From contig OX597815.1 in NCBI GenBank assembly GCA_951406725.2, forward strand, positions 59,954,001 through 60,018,000: a stretch of DNA of 64,000 nt. The letters run 5' to 3'. How positions within the stretch are numbered: the first letter of the stretch is position 1; the number at the start of each line of letters is the position of its first letter. The notes under the pieces were generated by a model, which saw only the letters and a list, made by a program, of their open reading frames with translations, did not search any database and was not told the DNA's origin. Position numbers and translations under genes: made by a program. This DNA comes from Octopus vulgaris. Taxonomy: Eukaryota. Positions 38,268 to 51,249 of this stretch are shown one piece after another.

Positions 38268-38490
38268 CATAGAATCGTTAGCACGCCGGGCGAAATGCTT
38301 AGCAGTATGTCGTCTGTCTTTACATTCTGAGTTCAAATTCCGCCGAGGCCGACTTTGTTTTTCATCCTTTCGGGGTCGATAAATTAAGTACCAGTTAGGC
38401 ACTAGGGGTCGATGTAATCGACTTAATCCCTTTGTCTGTCCTTGTTTGTCCCCTTTATGTTTAGCCCCTTGTGGGTAATAAAGAAATATA
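38268..38490 (+). mobile_element. tRNA-derived SINE (second family)
   Basis: gaatcgttagcacgccgggcgaaatgc...GAGTTCAAATTCC (B box)...ccccttgtgggtaataaagaaata; same family as 63123-63339. Confidence 0.85.
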
Positions 38491-38891
38491 TATATTTTTA
38501 ATAATATTTTTTCTCGTTGGCTACTGGCATGGCACATTCTATGCATACGCATTGTTTACCTGTTCTTATTGCATGGTTTCTGCTACAAGTTCTCTTTTTA
38601 GAATGTCTGCAATATCTTTCTTTGCACGCTGACCCATTTATGCACTATTCTATATTTTGTTTGTAAAACAAAACAACAAAAGATTTAAACGTTCATAAAC
38701 ACATGCCTGCATGTCTGCACCCAGTTATACACATGCACCGTGCACCACAATATTGAGTTGAGTTGTTTTCATTATATATGTGCCCGCTCAGCTCCTTTGC
38801 CTGACTCTATGAACATCGGATATCATTTCGTGCTTTCTGCGCCCTTGTCAGATACAACTAGCTTCTGTTAGACTCCAGGCTGGTCACGAAA

Positions 38892-38894
<3 letters not shown>

Positions 38895-38962
<68 letters not shown>
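38895..38962. repeat. (GA)n microsatellite
   Basis: Directly visible. Confidence 0.95.
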
Positions 38963-38965
<3 letters not shown>

Positions 38966-40106
38966 TGTCTGTCCCATGCAACGCGCCATCATGCCACACT
39001 GTCGTTCTTGCTAATGCGCCAGACACATTTCGCCTCTGCACTACTTTCAAGGCATTTCACACTGAATGCAATCCTGCATTAAAAATCTAACGCATATGGA
39101 TTGAGAATGTGCTTACTCACTCGCCTCAGATTATTTCAAAGTTGCCGGTCTCTCTCACTCATGTAAACACCCTTGTGCGCACGCTCACAGACTTCCCACT
39201 TCGCGCGCAATGCGACACCGCTATTTGAACCCACCCAAATAGATACATGTCCTGCATACATTCTCAGGATTCTCTCTCCTGATATGCGCAATTTTTCTCA
39301 GTTTTGCATCATATTCACCACCAACGAAATACCTTTCACAATTCTGTCTTGATGTGCATTTTTGGATGCATGCACTCCTTCCTTAGCTTGTTCGTTCTCT
39401 GTAGAACTCTCTGGGGGAAGGAGTAGTGTAGAATATCATTTTTGGCTGTCTAGCTTAAGATAGCAAACACGTGGCCTAAGACATTTTCGTGGTCGCTTAA
39501 AGGTCAGTCCTTTTTTTAGAACTTGACCTACATCCTAGCATAGTCTATATAACAGAGACCATTTCCCTTCTCGCCCTCTTCTGTGTCAGCCATGACCAGG
39601 AGCAACACTTCTCTTCGTCTTTCAGTCGCGATACGAAAAGCAATTCGACCGAAATAAAGGGACGATGTTAACATCCTTTCTTCCTTTCTTGCCAGCACCG
39701 TGCGTTCCCTTTCTCTACTAGCGGAACGCATCTTCCACACTACAGAGGGAACCCTTTGTCATGTAAACTATATACAGTTACTACTGTCTTACTTACTACT
39801 AACCACTTACCGGGCAAATGAAAGATGTAAATAATATCCCTTCGTTTTCGATGTTATTCTTCGATGTTCTTCACTGTTATCTCCGTCGCGAGAACCTCAC
39901 ATCAACATGTGTTACATACAAGAGTTACATGTACACGCTACATTTGGTAGACGGCTACATCTTATCGCTACACTGATAACACGACATGCAAAGAAAACCA
40001 TGGTTACAACGTATTTGGCTAATCTGCTAGAAATAGCAGTTAAATATTTCTCTCAATTATCCCGTTTTAAAGCATATCTATGAAGAAAATTGTTTCGTAT
40101 GTGTGT

Positions 40107-40143
<37 letters not shown>

Positions 40144-40400
40144 CGTGCGTGCGTGTATATATATAAAGTTAATCCAAACAAGAAAACAAAAAGACAACAA
40201 CGTAAGGATGTGGAACAAATGAAGTATTATTGGACGCTCAGGAATATATATATATATATATATATATAGGTAAACAGTAAAAATAATTACAGACATGGAC
40301 AAGAACATGAAACGCCACAGAGACGACACAAGAACCACAGGACGGGACATTCGAAGCCCTCAGTCATCAGTCAAGAACCAGATCATCTTAGCAATTTCGG

Positions 40401-40483
<83 letters not shown>

Positions 40484-40484
<1 letters not shown>

Positions 40485-40699
40485 GTTAAAGTTAATCCAA
40501 ACAAGAAAACACAGAAAAAAAACAGAGAAAAACACACCAACGCGAGGACGTAGAACAATTAAAGTATTATTTGACGCTCAGGAAAGAAGGGAAGGAGGGT
40601 TTAACGTTTCGAGCGGAGCTCTTCGTCGGAAACAAGAAGGAAAGATCCCGAGAAGGGAAGACAGAGGAAAAAAATATTTTTGCTGGTGGTGCTCAAGAG

Positions 40700-40702
<3 letters not shown>
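40484..40702 (-). mobile_element. Short non-autonomous hammerhead-bearing element in (TA)n; partial relatives at 40165-40245 and 62515-62615
   Basis: Shared aagttaatccaaacaagaaaac...gacgctcaggaa sequence; HHR at 40599-40633. Confidence 0.65.
40599..40633 (-). ncRNA. Minimal hammerhead with U4C core variant
   Basis: GTTT CCGACGA A GAGC-tcc-GCTC GAAA CG TT AAAC. Confidence 0.65.
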
Positions 40703-40749
<47 letters not shown>

Positions 40750-40779
40750 GTATGTGTGAATATATACGTCGTGTGTATC

Positions 40780-41205
40780 TTTTATCTTATGTTGTTTCAG
40801 TCATTAGACTGCGGCCATGCTGGGGCACTGCCTTAAAGCATTTTAATTAAGCGAATCGACCCCAGTGCTTGTTTTTTTACAGGTTGATAATCATTCTATC
40901 GGGCACTTTTGTCGAACCGCTAGGTTACGGAAACGTTAACCCACTGGTTGTCAAGCGGCGTTTTGAGGGCATGGAAACACAGACACGGACATACACACAC
41001 GTACACGCAATCACACATCCACATGTGTGTGTGTGTGTGTGTATGTTTTTGAGTCTTCTGTCAGTTTCCGTCAGCCAAATCTATTTACATGGCTTTGACC
41101 TACCCGATGCTATAGTAGAAAACACTTGCCCAAGGAGTCACGCAGTAAGACTGAACTCGGAACCATATGGTTGGGAAGCAAGCTTCTTAACACACAGCTA
41201 TACCC
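40780..41205 (-). mobile_element. Diverged full-length SINE (head, (TG)n/(CA)n middle, tail)
   Basis: Head matches 38105-38263; tail matches 3685-3895. Confidence 0.8.
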
Positions 41206-41316
41206 GCGCCTATATAAACACACAGATATATTCACATACATACATAGATACACATATACACACTCAATCATATATACACATACATACATACATACATACA
41301 TACATACATACATACA

Positions 41317-41352
<36 letters not shown>

Positions 41353-41510
41353 TGTTATATGTATATATATTAGAAGGTTTGGAGATGATGTACAGGTATT
41401 TTATATTAGAAGAAATGAGGTACTCAGAAATTCGCATGGTTTTATATTTACAGATATTTATTTGTATATTACATGTTTTTATACATCATATAACTTATAT
41501 CATATATCAT

Positions 41511-41551
41511 AACTTAGCGCTTTCGTCCATTCTGGTGGAGTTTTCAAATTG
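41511..41551 (-). ncRNA. Degenerate hammerhead-like motif with U3:A8 core
   Basis: TTGAAAA C TCCA-ccagaa-TGGA C GAAA GCGC TA AGTT; palindromic AGCGCT stem III; stem I and the stem II closing pair are imperfect. Confidence 0.45.
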
Positions 41552-42689
41552 AACTAAGTTCTTGTGGAAAAAACTTTGACCATTTTATAGTGTTATTGAG
41601 TGTGTAGTGGTGGGGAGGGATATAAGATAGTACAAGAGGGTGATGAATGGGGAGAAAGTGAGAGAGAGCATGTGTGTGTGCGTGCGTGTGTGTGTGTGTG
41701 CGTGTGTGTGTGTTTTTGTATCTGAAAGAATGTTAAAGAAAAAGAAGGAAAGGAAGAAAAGGGAGAGAAAGAAGACCATAAATTATATTTCCTTTCTATT
41801 ATTGTCTTGGGAGGGAGAGAGTGTGTGCGTGTGTGTTTATGTGCACGCGTGTGTGGTGCGTGTGTTTGTGTCTTTGTATCTGAAAGAAGTGTTAAGGAGG
41901 AATGGTCAAATTGTTAAGAGTAACCAGTCATTGGCTTTTAGCAATAGTCAAGAGTGCCACTTTTTTTTATATTTTTGCAACTGTAAATGATTTTTAGTTT
42001 TTAGAAATTGGCCATTTCAAAAAAGAATTGTCTGGATTTCTTTTTATTATTGTTTTGTGAAGGTGTGTGTGTGTATGTGTGTATGTGTGTGTGTGTGTGG
42101 GTGCCTGTGAATCTGGAAGGGGTGCGTTGGAGAAGGGAAGAAAGAAGAAAAAGAGGAAGAAAAAATAATTGTGTTGATATTTATACCACTATTCAGTTCT
42201 TTCAATCCATGTTTGATTCCTGTGCTTACATGGGATGGAAAATCTGGATTACAAAAACAGGTTTGTTTTATTCACATTTTAAAAGTCAACATGCTTTGGT
42301 GAGTAACAAGAGTAATATGCAGTGTACTAAATGCTACACTATGTTTGTTAAATTGTAAATTGAAAGATTTTTCCTTCAATGTATGATGAGCAAAATTTCA
42401 TAAGGTCCATATTTGGAAAAGAGACTTTTTTGTGTTGAAGTTACAGATGACAAAATACAAACCACTGAGTCTGTTGTCTGATCTTCAATTGATTTAGTCT
42501 AATATCTCACTGATTAACAGCTAAATAAATATCAAATTTTATCATACAGAAGCAACTGGTTCCACAAACTAAAGTAAAATGGTTTCATTCAAATATTAGA
42601 ATATCATTTGTTCCATGTTGCATTTTCAAAAACCAAAACATATGTGTAGAACTGTGTGTGTGTGTGCGTGTGTGTTTAATAGAATTTAC

Positions 42690-43270
42690 TTTACAAATTT
42701 GGTCCTTCATCTGGTACAGCTTATTATAGAGATATTTTCAGTCATTCAATTTGGGGGAGAACTTAGTTATGAAGTATTTTTCCCATATTCCTCCCGAAGG
42801 AGGTGTCATTCTTTGGACATTTGTAGAAGGGAAAGATCTTAAATTTTCCTTCTCCACATGAATCTAGGTGTTTAATCAGTGGTATCTTGCGCAGTTCTTC
42901 CTGTCGGACATGTTGACGGTGAATTCTGGCTCGTTGGCATAAAGAATTTCCAGTTTCACCTATGTAATCCTTCTTGCATGTGGGGCAGTTTATGCAGTAT
43001 ATTACGTTCTGCGTCTTGCAGTTCATATCTGCATTTGTTTTGAATATGTGACCACTTTTAAATTTCATTTCTTTGTCTCCTTCTATGTATTTGTAGGTGG
43101 GGTTGCTGCAGATCCCACATCTACCATCTCCGCACTCTTTTACATAAAATTCAGTTTTAGTTTCTGATGAGAATTTCGCTCTTGTTAGATGTTCCTTTAG
43201 GTTTTTGTCATGTCGTCTACTGCTTTTTATGCAATATTTGTTTAGTGTGTTTTCCATTTTGGGGCTTTGT
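42690..43270 (-). pseudogene. Penelope-like GIY-YIG endonuclease fragment
   Basis: NLKEHLTRAKF, CGDGRCGIC, NCKTQNVIYCINCPTCKKDYIGETG..RARIHRQH..HLDSC..FKIFPFY. Confidence 0.88.
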
Positions 43271-44110
43271 TTGTGTTGATGTTCTGGTTCATTTCGTTTT
43301 CCTCATTCTCATTTTCTTTGGTCTTGTTGTTGTCGTTCACGTGTTGTTGCTGTTGTTGTTGTTGTTGCTATTTCCCCCTAGTCATATATTTTAAATATTG
43401 TTCAATTATAAAAAATATTAAATTTCGTCCTTACAATTTTTAAATATTTATTTCAGTCTTGTTTCGTTTTTTTTTCATTCTAAAGCAGTTTATATATTTC
43501 ATATATTTTTTAAAACAGAAATATATTTTTTATCTCTTATTTTCCATCTTCACCACCAGATATTTTTTGTATCTTTTTATAATTTATTCCTGATTTTCTT
43601 TTATTTTTCTCTTATGTGCATATGTGCGTATGTGAGTGTGAGAGAGTGTGTGTGTATCAATTATATCTATATACAAGATATATATATATATATATATATG
43701 ATTCTCAGATTGCCACTGTTGTGCTGAGTGGCCTTGATGAGCCCCACCTTATCAACAAACTAAGACCAGCCATAAACGACAGAAAATAATTACACGAAAC
43801 AGATCGGTTACTATAGTAACACCAGTCAGTGTTTGTCACATCCTCACCAACACATCTGATCAACGACCTTTTTCTATTCGTCACTTTTCCGCATGTCCTG
43901 ATGAAGAAGTCATAGCCCCGAAATATAAAAATGTAAGGTACAACCACAACTTTGTTTTCGCTTTCTCTTCTTTTTATAGTTTACTTTCTACATTCTCGCA
44001 TCGTTTCGGCCCTACCAAAAATACTTTTTAACATAGAAATACACATCCTTCACAACAAATGAGTCCTTTCCTTCCTTTCCTTCTTGACACAAATATATAT
44101 ATATATATAT

Positions 44111-44148
<38 letters not shown>

Positions 44149-44174
44149 GATATGTGTGTGTATGTGTGTGAGTG

Positions 44175-44380
44175 TGGCACCCCGTCGGATCAACGGAACA
44201 GCCTGCTTGTGAAATTAACTTATAAACCGCTAAGCACTTCACAAACACGCGTACCCTTAACGTAGTTCTTCGGGAGATTCGGCGTGACACGGAATGTGAC
44301 AAGGCTAGCCCTATGATATTCAGGTACTACTCAGTTTTGCTAGCTAATTTGACTGGAGCAACGTGAAACAAAGTTTCACA
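44175..44380 (-). mobile_element. SINE body (family of 10210)
   Basis: Reverse complement of 10310-10500. Confidence 0.75.
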
Positions 44381-44554
44381 TTGCTCAAATATATATAAAT
44401 ATATATATATATATTACGGAGATGTACTCGCATAGCAAGTAATTTGATCTGAGATCGTGTGCTGAAACGAAAACAATTGCAGCGTGGAAGGTGTTTATAA
44501 GCCATTTAAGAAACACACAAAAGCCGTTCGATTCACTCCAACATTTAAGTTTAA

Positions 44555-44604
44555 TTTGTCAAAATATTTTCGTCGCTAAAATCCGCGACCTGTTCACTGA
44601 CAAA
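44555..44604 (-). ncRNA. G3:C8 hammerhead, independent copy outside the Helitron
   Basis: TTTGTCA GTGAACA G GTCGC-loop-GCGAC GAAA ATAT TT TGACAAA; perfect 7-bp stem I; loop II differs from 25495 while stems and core are conserved. Confidence 0.75.
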
Positions 44605-44612
44605 GTCCGTGC

Positions 44613-44681
<69 letters not shown>

Positions 44682-44699
44682 GAAAAATAGAAGTTGAAA

Positions 44700-45760
44700 A
44701 TGCACTGAAAATACTTAAAATATTTTTATTAATATATTTAAAGCTTTAACCGGTTTCACAGTTTACACAGATTTTCAAAATGCTCAAGTAGAAAAACCTG
44801 GCTGTCTTGCTTCTGACTAGTGCTTGAAGCTTGCCCTATTTTTATGGGGAGTTCATGGCTCAAATTAGTATATGTTTTGAATAGGACTTGATTGGTAGAA
44901 ATTTTTGTTTTGAAATTTTTTAGGTCCATGTGTTAGTATTAAGTGACAATGTTTAGTGTCGTAAATTAAGACTTACACGGTTCACTGAACAGTCCAAACA
45001 ATTAATGCTCTGAACGTTTTCTGTCAAGTGTTTGTAGAGAATGAACACATGATTAAGTTTATAACGTTTTGTACGTTTCCCGCTACGTTCGTGCATTAGT
45101 GTCACTAAAAAGAAAGCCGACACGGTTGAGAGAACGTGTTTAGTTATAATCAAGGAACTCCAAATTTAATCTGTCTGGTTGGAGAGAGGACAGGACCCAT
45201 TTTTATGTAGTCCAGTGGCTAAAGGTTAGGTTGTTAGCTGTGTAGCTTCCTCATGATAAATGGCAGAATGAATTTTGTGTGTGAATAGTTATTTGTGTGT
45301 GTACTCTGTTAAAGTTTAGTCTTGGTTTGTACTTTTGTATAAAAGTATTTTCTTTGTTTATCCGTGAACATCTGTGGTATTCGCTGAACATAGGTAGAGT
45401 GGGAAGACCTGGAATTTAGGGGACTTTTTTTGCACTTATGTCTAAGTGTCTACTCAGTGGAATCTATCTACTACTGGGGTCTCGTATTTGTTGTCGGTGA
45501 ATTTTCATTCTATTTCTCAGAGTAAGCTTTGTTTGACCTATGTAATCTTCATTACATCCTTGATATTTGATTGCGTATGTTAAATTCTTTGAAGAACATG
45601 TAAAGTAATTTTTTAAGGTAAAAGTCTGTCCTGATTTGAAGAGAGAGGGAAAACAAAGTTGTGATTGTACCTTACAGTTGATGCAGGTTCCGCAATTGGG
45701 ACGACCACACTTTTTGACTGTTGGCGTAGGAATTGTGTAGGAAGGTGTTTATTATTGGCT
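44700..45760 (-). mobile_element. Penelope-like 3' fragment (GIY-YIG at 45308-45750, 3' pLTR with decayed HHR at 44742-44784)
   Basis: VKKCGRPNCGTC, CSSKNLTYAIKYQGCNEDYIGQT..RMKIHRQQI, KENTFIQKYKPRLNF*; TTGAAAA...GAAACCGGTT motif downstream. Confidence 0.82.
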
Positions 45761-45769
45761 CCTTAAATT

Positions 45770-47185
45770 TTAAGCCCCCAATAGATGATGTAATGACATC
45801 AATAAGTAAATTTAATCTTGGTAGGGCACCTGGAAGCGATGGAATTTGTGCTGAGGTCGTGATTACATCATATAATCTTTTCATGAACTTATTAGTGCAG
45901 TCTGGAGGGATGGTGCAATGTCTAAGGACTGGAAGGATGCAATTATTCTTTCTCTCTATAAAGGAAAAGGAGCCAGAATAATGTGTGGCAACTACAGAGG
46001 TATTGCTCTACTATCAGCTGCTGGCAAGGTTCTGGCAAATATTCTTCTTACCCGCCTGAATAGGTGTCTCGTTAATGATGCCCTATCAATGTAGCTTCTG
46101 ATCTGGTTGAGGGACAATGGATATGATTTTCACAACAAGACAGATGCAGAATTGCTATGAACAGAATATGCCCTCCCTTATGCAGATGACTGTGACTTAG
46201 TCACTCATGCAGTGGATGACGTGTAAATACTTATGAATCGTATTTCTGCTTCTTGCAAGGCATTTGAACTCAGCATTAGCCTGGAAAAGACTGTTTTAAT
46301 GTTCCAGCCTGCACCATATGTGGAACCAACTATCTTGGTTGAAGGAACAATACTGAAATTGGTAGACAAGTTTGTCTACCTGGGCAGCACACTCAGCTGT
46401 TCTTGCTCCCTGGATGATGAAATATCTTTTAGGCTGCAGAGAGCAACTGATTCCTTCCGGTCTCTTCAGTCTCGTGTCTGGTCCCAGCATGGCATCACAA
46501 AGCAAACAAAAATTGCTGTGTACTGTGCATGTGTATTGACATCGCTCCTTTACTCATGTGAGACATGGACCATTTACAAACGTCATGTAAGGGCCTTTGA
46601 ATGCTTTCATCAGAGATGTCTCAGACACATTCTGAATGTTGGCTAGGCCTTGAAAACTCCAGAGACACAGGTCCTGAGGACAGCTGATATCTTGAGTATT
46701 GAGGCGATGGTGCACAAGCACCAGTTACGTTGGACTGGACACCTTATTAGAATGAAGGATAGCAGGATCCCTAAGCAGATGCCATATGAGGAATTTGTGA
46801 ATGGAAATAAATCCCAGTAGAAACCAAGGCTGCGATTTAAGGACTGTATCAAATCCTCATTAACGGCCTGGGATATGTAGGAGACTAACTGGGAGTGCAA
46901 TGCCTGTCATCGCCACAAATGGATGAAGCAGATTAAGGAGAGGGTTGACACTTTTGAGAGAGCACGAATTCTGTATGAAGAACTTAAGCGTGCTACTCAA
47001 AAGCGCACTGCTAATCTAGTGAATGGGGAAAGCTTGGTTTGCAATGTTTGCATTCCGTGTATGCTTGTCTAAAGCAGGGCTCATTAGCCACCAACGGAAC
47101 TGCAAATGCAAGAAGTTAGTCCTAGAGCGCACAATGTTCCTGAAGGTCAGCAATAGTCTTCCTTGATCATGAGTGGACGGCCATC
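45770..47185 (+). mobile_element. RTE/BovB-like LINE 3' part with an internal deletion
   Basis: GRAPGSDGICAE, CGNYRGIALLSAAGKVLA, YADDC, VDKFVYLGSTLS, LLYSCETWT, LRWTGHLIRM. Confidence 0.9.
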
Positions 47186-47441
47186 ATTTATATATATATA
47201 TATATATATACTCATTTATATAGATGTACATACTCATACACACATGTATATACATATTATATACACACATGTGCGTGCACACACAGAGACACGAATACGC
47301 GCACACGCACAAGTCAGTGTGTGATGAATATGTGAAGGTTCGAGAAATGAAACTGTTGCATCGGTTGTATTCGGCGTATGTGTGTGTGTGTGTGTGTGTG
47401 TGTATGTATGCTTGTGTGCGTGCGTATGTGTATGTGTGTTG

Positions 47442-47497
<56 letters not shown>

Positions 47498-47536
47498 CGT
47501 GTGTGTACACACACACACACACACACAGAGACACAG

Positions 47537-47593
<57 letters not shown>

Positions 47594-47754
47594 TATATCT
47601 CTGTGTATGTGTGTGTGTGTGCTTGCGTAAGTGTGTTTGTTATATATGTATGTAGGTAACGAGAATCTGAGAATAAAATGAAACAAAAATTTTTAAAAGA
47701 AAACTGAGAAAACCATTCAACATTGACTGACGAATGATGAAAACATTGGATAGA

Positions 47755-47916
47755 ATGAGGATGATGATAAGGATGATGTTTGTGATGGTGGTATTTGTGG
47801 TGATAGTGATGGTGGAGGTGGTGGAGGTGCTGCTGGTGATGAGAGTGATGGTGGTGGTGATGATGTTGGTGTTTATGATGATGATGATGACGGTGGTGGT
47901 GGTGGTCATGGTGATG
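47755..47916. repeat. (ATG/GTG)n degenerate trinucleotide repeat
   Basis: Directly visible; source of the His-rich pseudo-ORF. Confidence 0.9.
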
Positions 47917-48834
47917 CTTCAATCATATTGTATCGTAAAGTAGACACAATACCTTAAATATTGGGCCTGAAGTGCTGACTTGGTGCCCTGCTGTAGTTCT
48001 GAGCTCGCTGCTAGCAAATTGATTACAGATTAGAACCCGAAACCTTATTCGAGACGTCATCCAATCCCGTCAATATTTACTTCACTCTCCCTATTTCTGA
48101 GAATATTTACCTCCAGCATCAATCCACGGCTGCACATTGCAAGAGGAAAATGTTTAGGGTCTTCTTCTGAATGAAATGAACAGGAGAGGTGAACTGAAGG
48201 TTGACGGATGTGTTAACGGAACAACTTCAGCAACAATATCAGCAACACATCATCACATGTTGTACACAGAACACTGCCATAAACTGACAGTCACAACAGT
48301 AGAGGGGATAGAATACTAAACCTAAGGTTTTATTTGAGGGACAGCTTGGTGATGCAGCAAAGCTTCAACTTCCCCAATCTCTGTCATTGCATAAAACGCC
48401 ACCACCGTGCACCCGTACAGCACCATACCATATTGCTATAGCATTTTAAAGGATCTCCCCCCTCTCTCATTAAGCCCGAATAAACATAAGAAATACACAC
48501 ACACACACACAAACAATCAAGCAGAGAAATAATTGCAGCCTCAGTGGTTTCACGAAATATTAAAGAAAGGTGGTGTGGAGTATTTGACCGACAGAATCAT
48601 CTTAATACAGAAAGGACAAAGGCCATAATATAGTCGTCATATCTAATTCGACATTATCACATTTGATAATAGCAATCCTGGATAACATGTTATCTAGACC
48701 TACATTATCAAATGTGATAATGTAGTTTCTAGATAACTTGCCGTAAAATATAAAGACGGAATGGGTACGACTAGTGCGGCTTTGAAGATTACTGTTTAAA
48801 CAAGGCTAGCTTGGCGCTAAACAACAATGATTCC

Positions 48835-48860
48835 AAGCAGGAAAGCAAACAAGCAAGCAG

Positions 48861-48892
<32 letters not shown>

Positions 48893-49005
48893 GCAAGCAA
48901 GCAAACAGGCAAGCAAGCAAGCAGGCAAGCAAGCAAGCAAGCAAGGAAGCAGGCAAGCAAGAAGCAAGGAAGCAGGCAAGCAAGCAAGCGAGCAAGCAAG
49001 CAAGC
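48835..49005. repeat. (GCAA)n microsatellite
   Basis: Directly visible. Confidence 0.95.
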
Positions 49006-49637
49006 ACTACCACCACTACAAAAGGAGCATGTACGTGGTCGCTCAAAGAGCAGCCACAGAACCGTGGCATTAAATTTCACTACCTTAAACAAGGAAAAGA
49101 AGGGATAGTTACAGGTTGAATATTTTCCATCATAGATCAACTCAAAGAGGATAGATCTGGGGTCAAACAGCAACAACAACAACAATATCATGAACATTAA
49201 GCATAAGAAAAGAACTAAAAAAACACAAAAATAAAAGAAACAAAAGGCGATAACGTTGGCTTGTAACGTGTTAAATAAAGGGAGATAGCCGACATTGATC
49301 TGTGATAACTGTCGCCAGACGCCACCATCCTCCATTAAAGAAGGTGTCATATGATGTATGTTATAAGCGGCCTACAATATATGTTGTAGCTCATGATATA
49401 AATCTAGTCTCAAGTTTCGTAAAGTGCGAAGAAATATAGGAAAGAAAAACTGATGTTAATGTTCAAGCTGGTTTTATCGATTTTTCAAGTAACGTTTTAG
49501 CTGTTTTAATTTATTTTCGTAATGGCGACACTGCTGTGCCAACTACGACGCCAGCAATTCTTCTTTTGTATTTGCTTTTGGTTTCCCATTTTTCTTTCTT
49601 GTACTCATTCTTTACTTCAATATTTCTTTCGTTCTTC

Positions 49638-49676
<39 letters not shown>

Positions 49677-49959
49677 AAACGATATGGGGATAAATAGACG
49701 TACAATACCTGACACAATAATATTCAGGGTGAAGAGATGCAGCGAAGATATCGTTAAACAGCACAACAACGAATCTAGAGGCAGAATTAAATAATTTATT
49801 TCTGGCTAATGTTGGAAAGACGTACTCACACATACACACACACAAATGTGGCTGTGTATGAATAAATATACATATACATACATAATACAAGCATACATGC
49901 ATATACACACATACGCATATATATATATACACACACATATAACTACATACATATTCTTT

Positions 49960-51245
49960 ATCAAGAGTATTAGTGACAGTGACTTCGAAGTTTCGACCAG
50001 CTAAGATATCATCGGTCTGTGGTGCATTTGAGGTCATCTTGGCATAATATAGGCTCTGTTAAACTTTTCTGGTGTAAGTAGCTACACCAGAAAAGTTTAA
50101 TTTAACAGAGCCTATATTATGCCAAGATGACCTCAAATGGATATACTGAATGATAATTTGGTTATAGAATAGGTTATGAATGGAAAGGTATTTTAGAAGA
50201 TATTTATTGATTAATTTTGGACTTATGTTATTGTTCAGAATTCAGTCATACACGTAAAACTTTTTAATCAGGTGTGTCTATTCATGTGTGTCAGCTTCAG
50301 ATTTTGAAGTTGTTTTTTAAGGTTTCGGAAAAGAATGTAGGTTGGTGAAAAGGTTACTTGATCAGCAGATTTAACCTTTTGCTTTGGAAATGTGGTGGGT
50401 ATAGTTCAGAGCCGTGTTATGTCGTTTTTCTTGTTTGGGTTGCGAAAATTGTGTGTGTTGTATGTGTCGATTTTTGAACTAGTGTCTATATATGTGTATG
50501 CAGCAGCGCTGTAGTGTTCGGGGTTACAGTTGTCCTGTGGACAATATTACTTGTGAGACAGTTTCCGTTTAGAGGGCAAGGTAGAGAGGTTGTAAAGTTG
50601 CACTTGCTATGTGCGTGGTTTTGGCTTTCACTTTTAGAAAGTTTTAGGCTGGTGTAAATGGCTATAGTCTTTTCGAGTTATTAGTTGTGGAATATGACAT
50701 TTTTATGTCGTGTTTGTTAATTAGTTTATGATTCTTGTAGCTGGGGTGGGAGGGCTTTTTGGAGTATTCTGAAGAATTATTTAGCTACTGTACGTTGTAC
50801 GTTGAACTTTTCTTTTTTCTACTCATGGTTTTATTTGTTGTGGATGTGTTATTGTTTATATATCGTACTTTTTCCGTGTAACAGCCATTGTTGAGAGCTT
50901 CGTTATATGGAGTTGCTATTTTATTGAGTATTTTTCCATTGAAAGATAAAAAAGAAAGTCTTGGAAATATGCTCCTTATCAGCTCATTAGTTATATTTTT
51001 TTTAGTAGTTAGATTGACTACGTATATACTGGATTTTTTTTGCGTAGAGTTTATAAATAATGGATTCTAAGTAACGAGTAGCACAGAGAAAGCTGATTGA
51101 TTTGAGATATGTTTGTACAGTAATGGAGAATCCCATGTTTTTAAAAATGTAATGTAGTTCTTTCCTAAATTTGTCGGGATTTTCTGGGTTGTAGTTTCTT
51201 AGTAGATGAAGACCGTAAAAGGTCTTTCGCAGTAGGATGAGTTTG
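49960..51245 (-). mobile_element. Decayed Penelope-like element (RT thumb to GIY-YIG, 3' pLTR)
   Basis: DKFRKELHYIFKNMGFSITVQTYLKSISFL..IQYIRSQSNY; CPLNGNCLTSNIVHRTTVT. Confidence 0.75.
49976..50020 (-). ncRNA. Hammerhead-like motif (U4C) at the 3' end of a PLE
   Basis: ACAGA CCGATGA T ATC-ttagct-GGTC GAAA CTTCGAAG TC ACTGT; palindromic ACTTCGAAGT stem III, GUC triplet; stems I and II imperfect. Confidence 0.55.
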
Positions 51246-51249
51246 GTCA

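Noticed and set aside
40340-40375. Minus-strand CTGATGA...CGAATGTC motif
   Set aside because: GAAA box and stems I/III are not satisfied.
47593-47943. His-rich ORF
   Set aside because: Reverse translation of an (ATG/GTG)n repeat.
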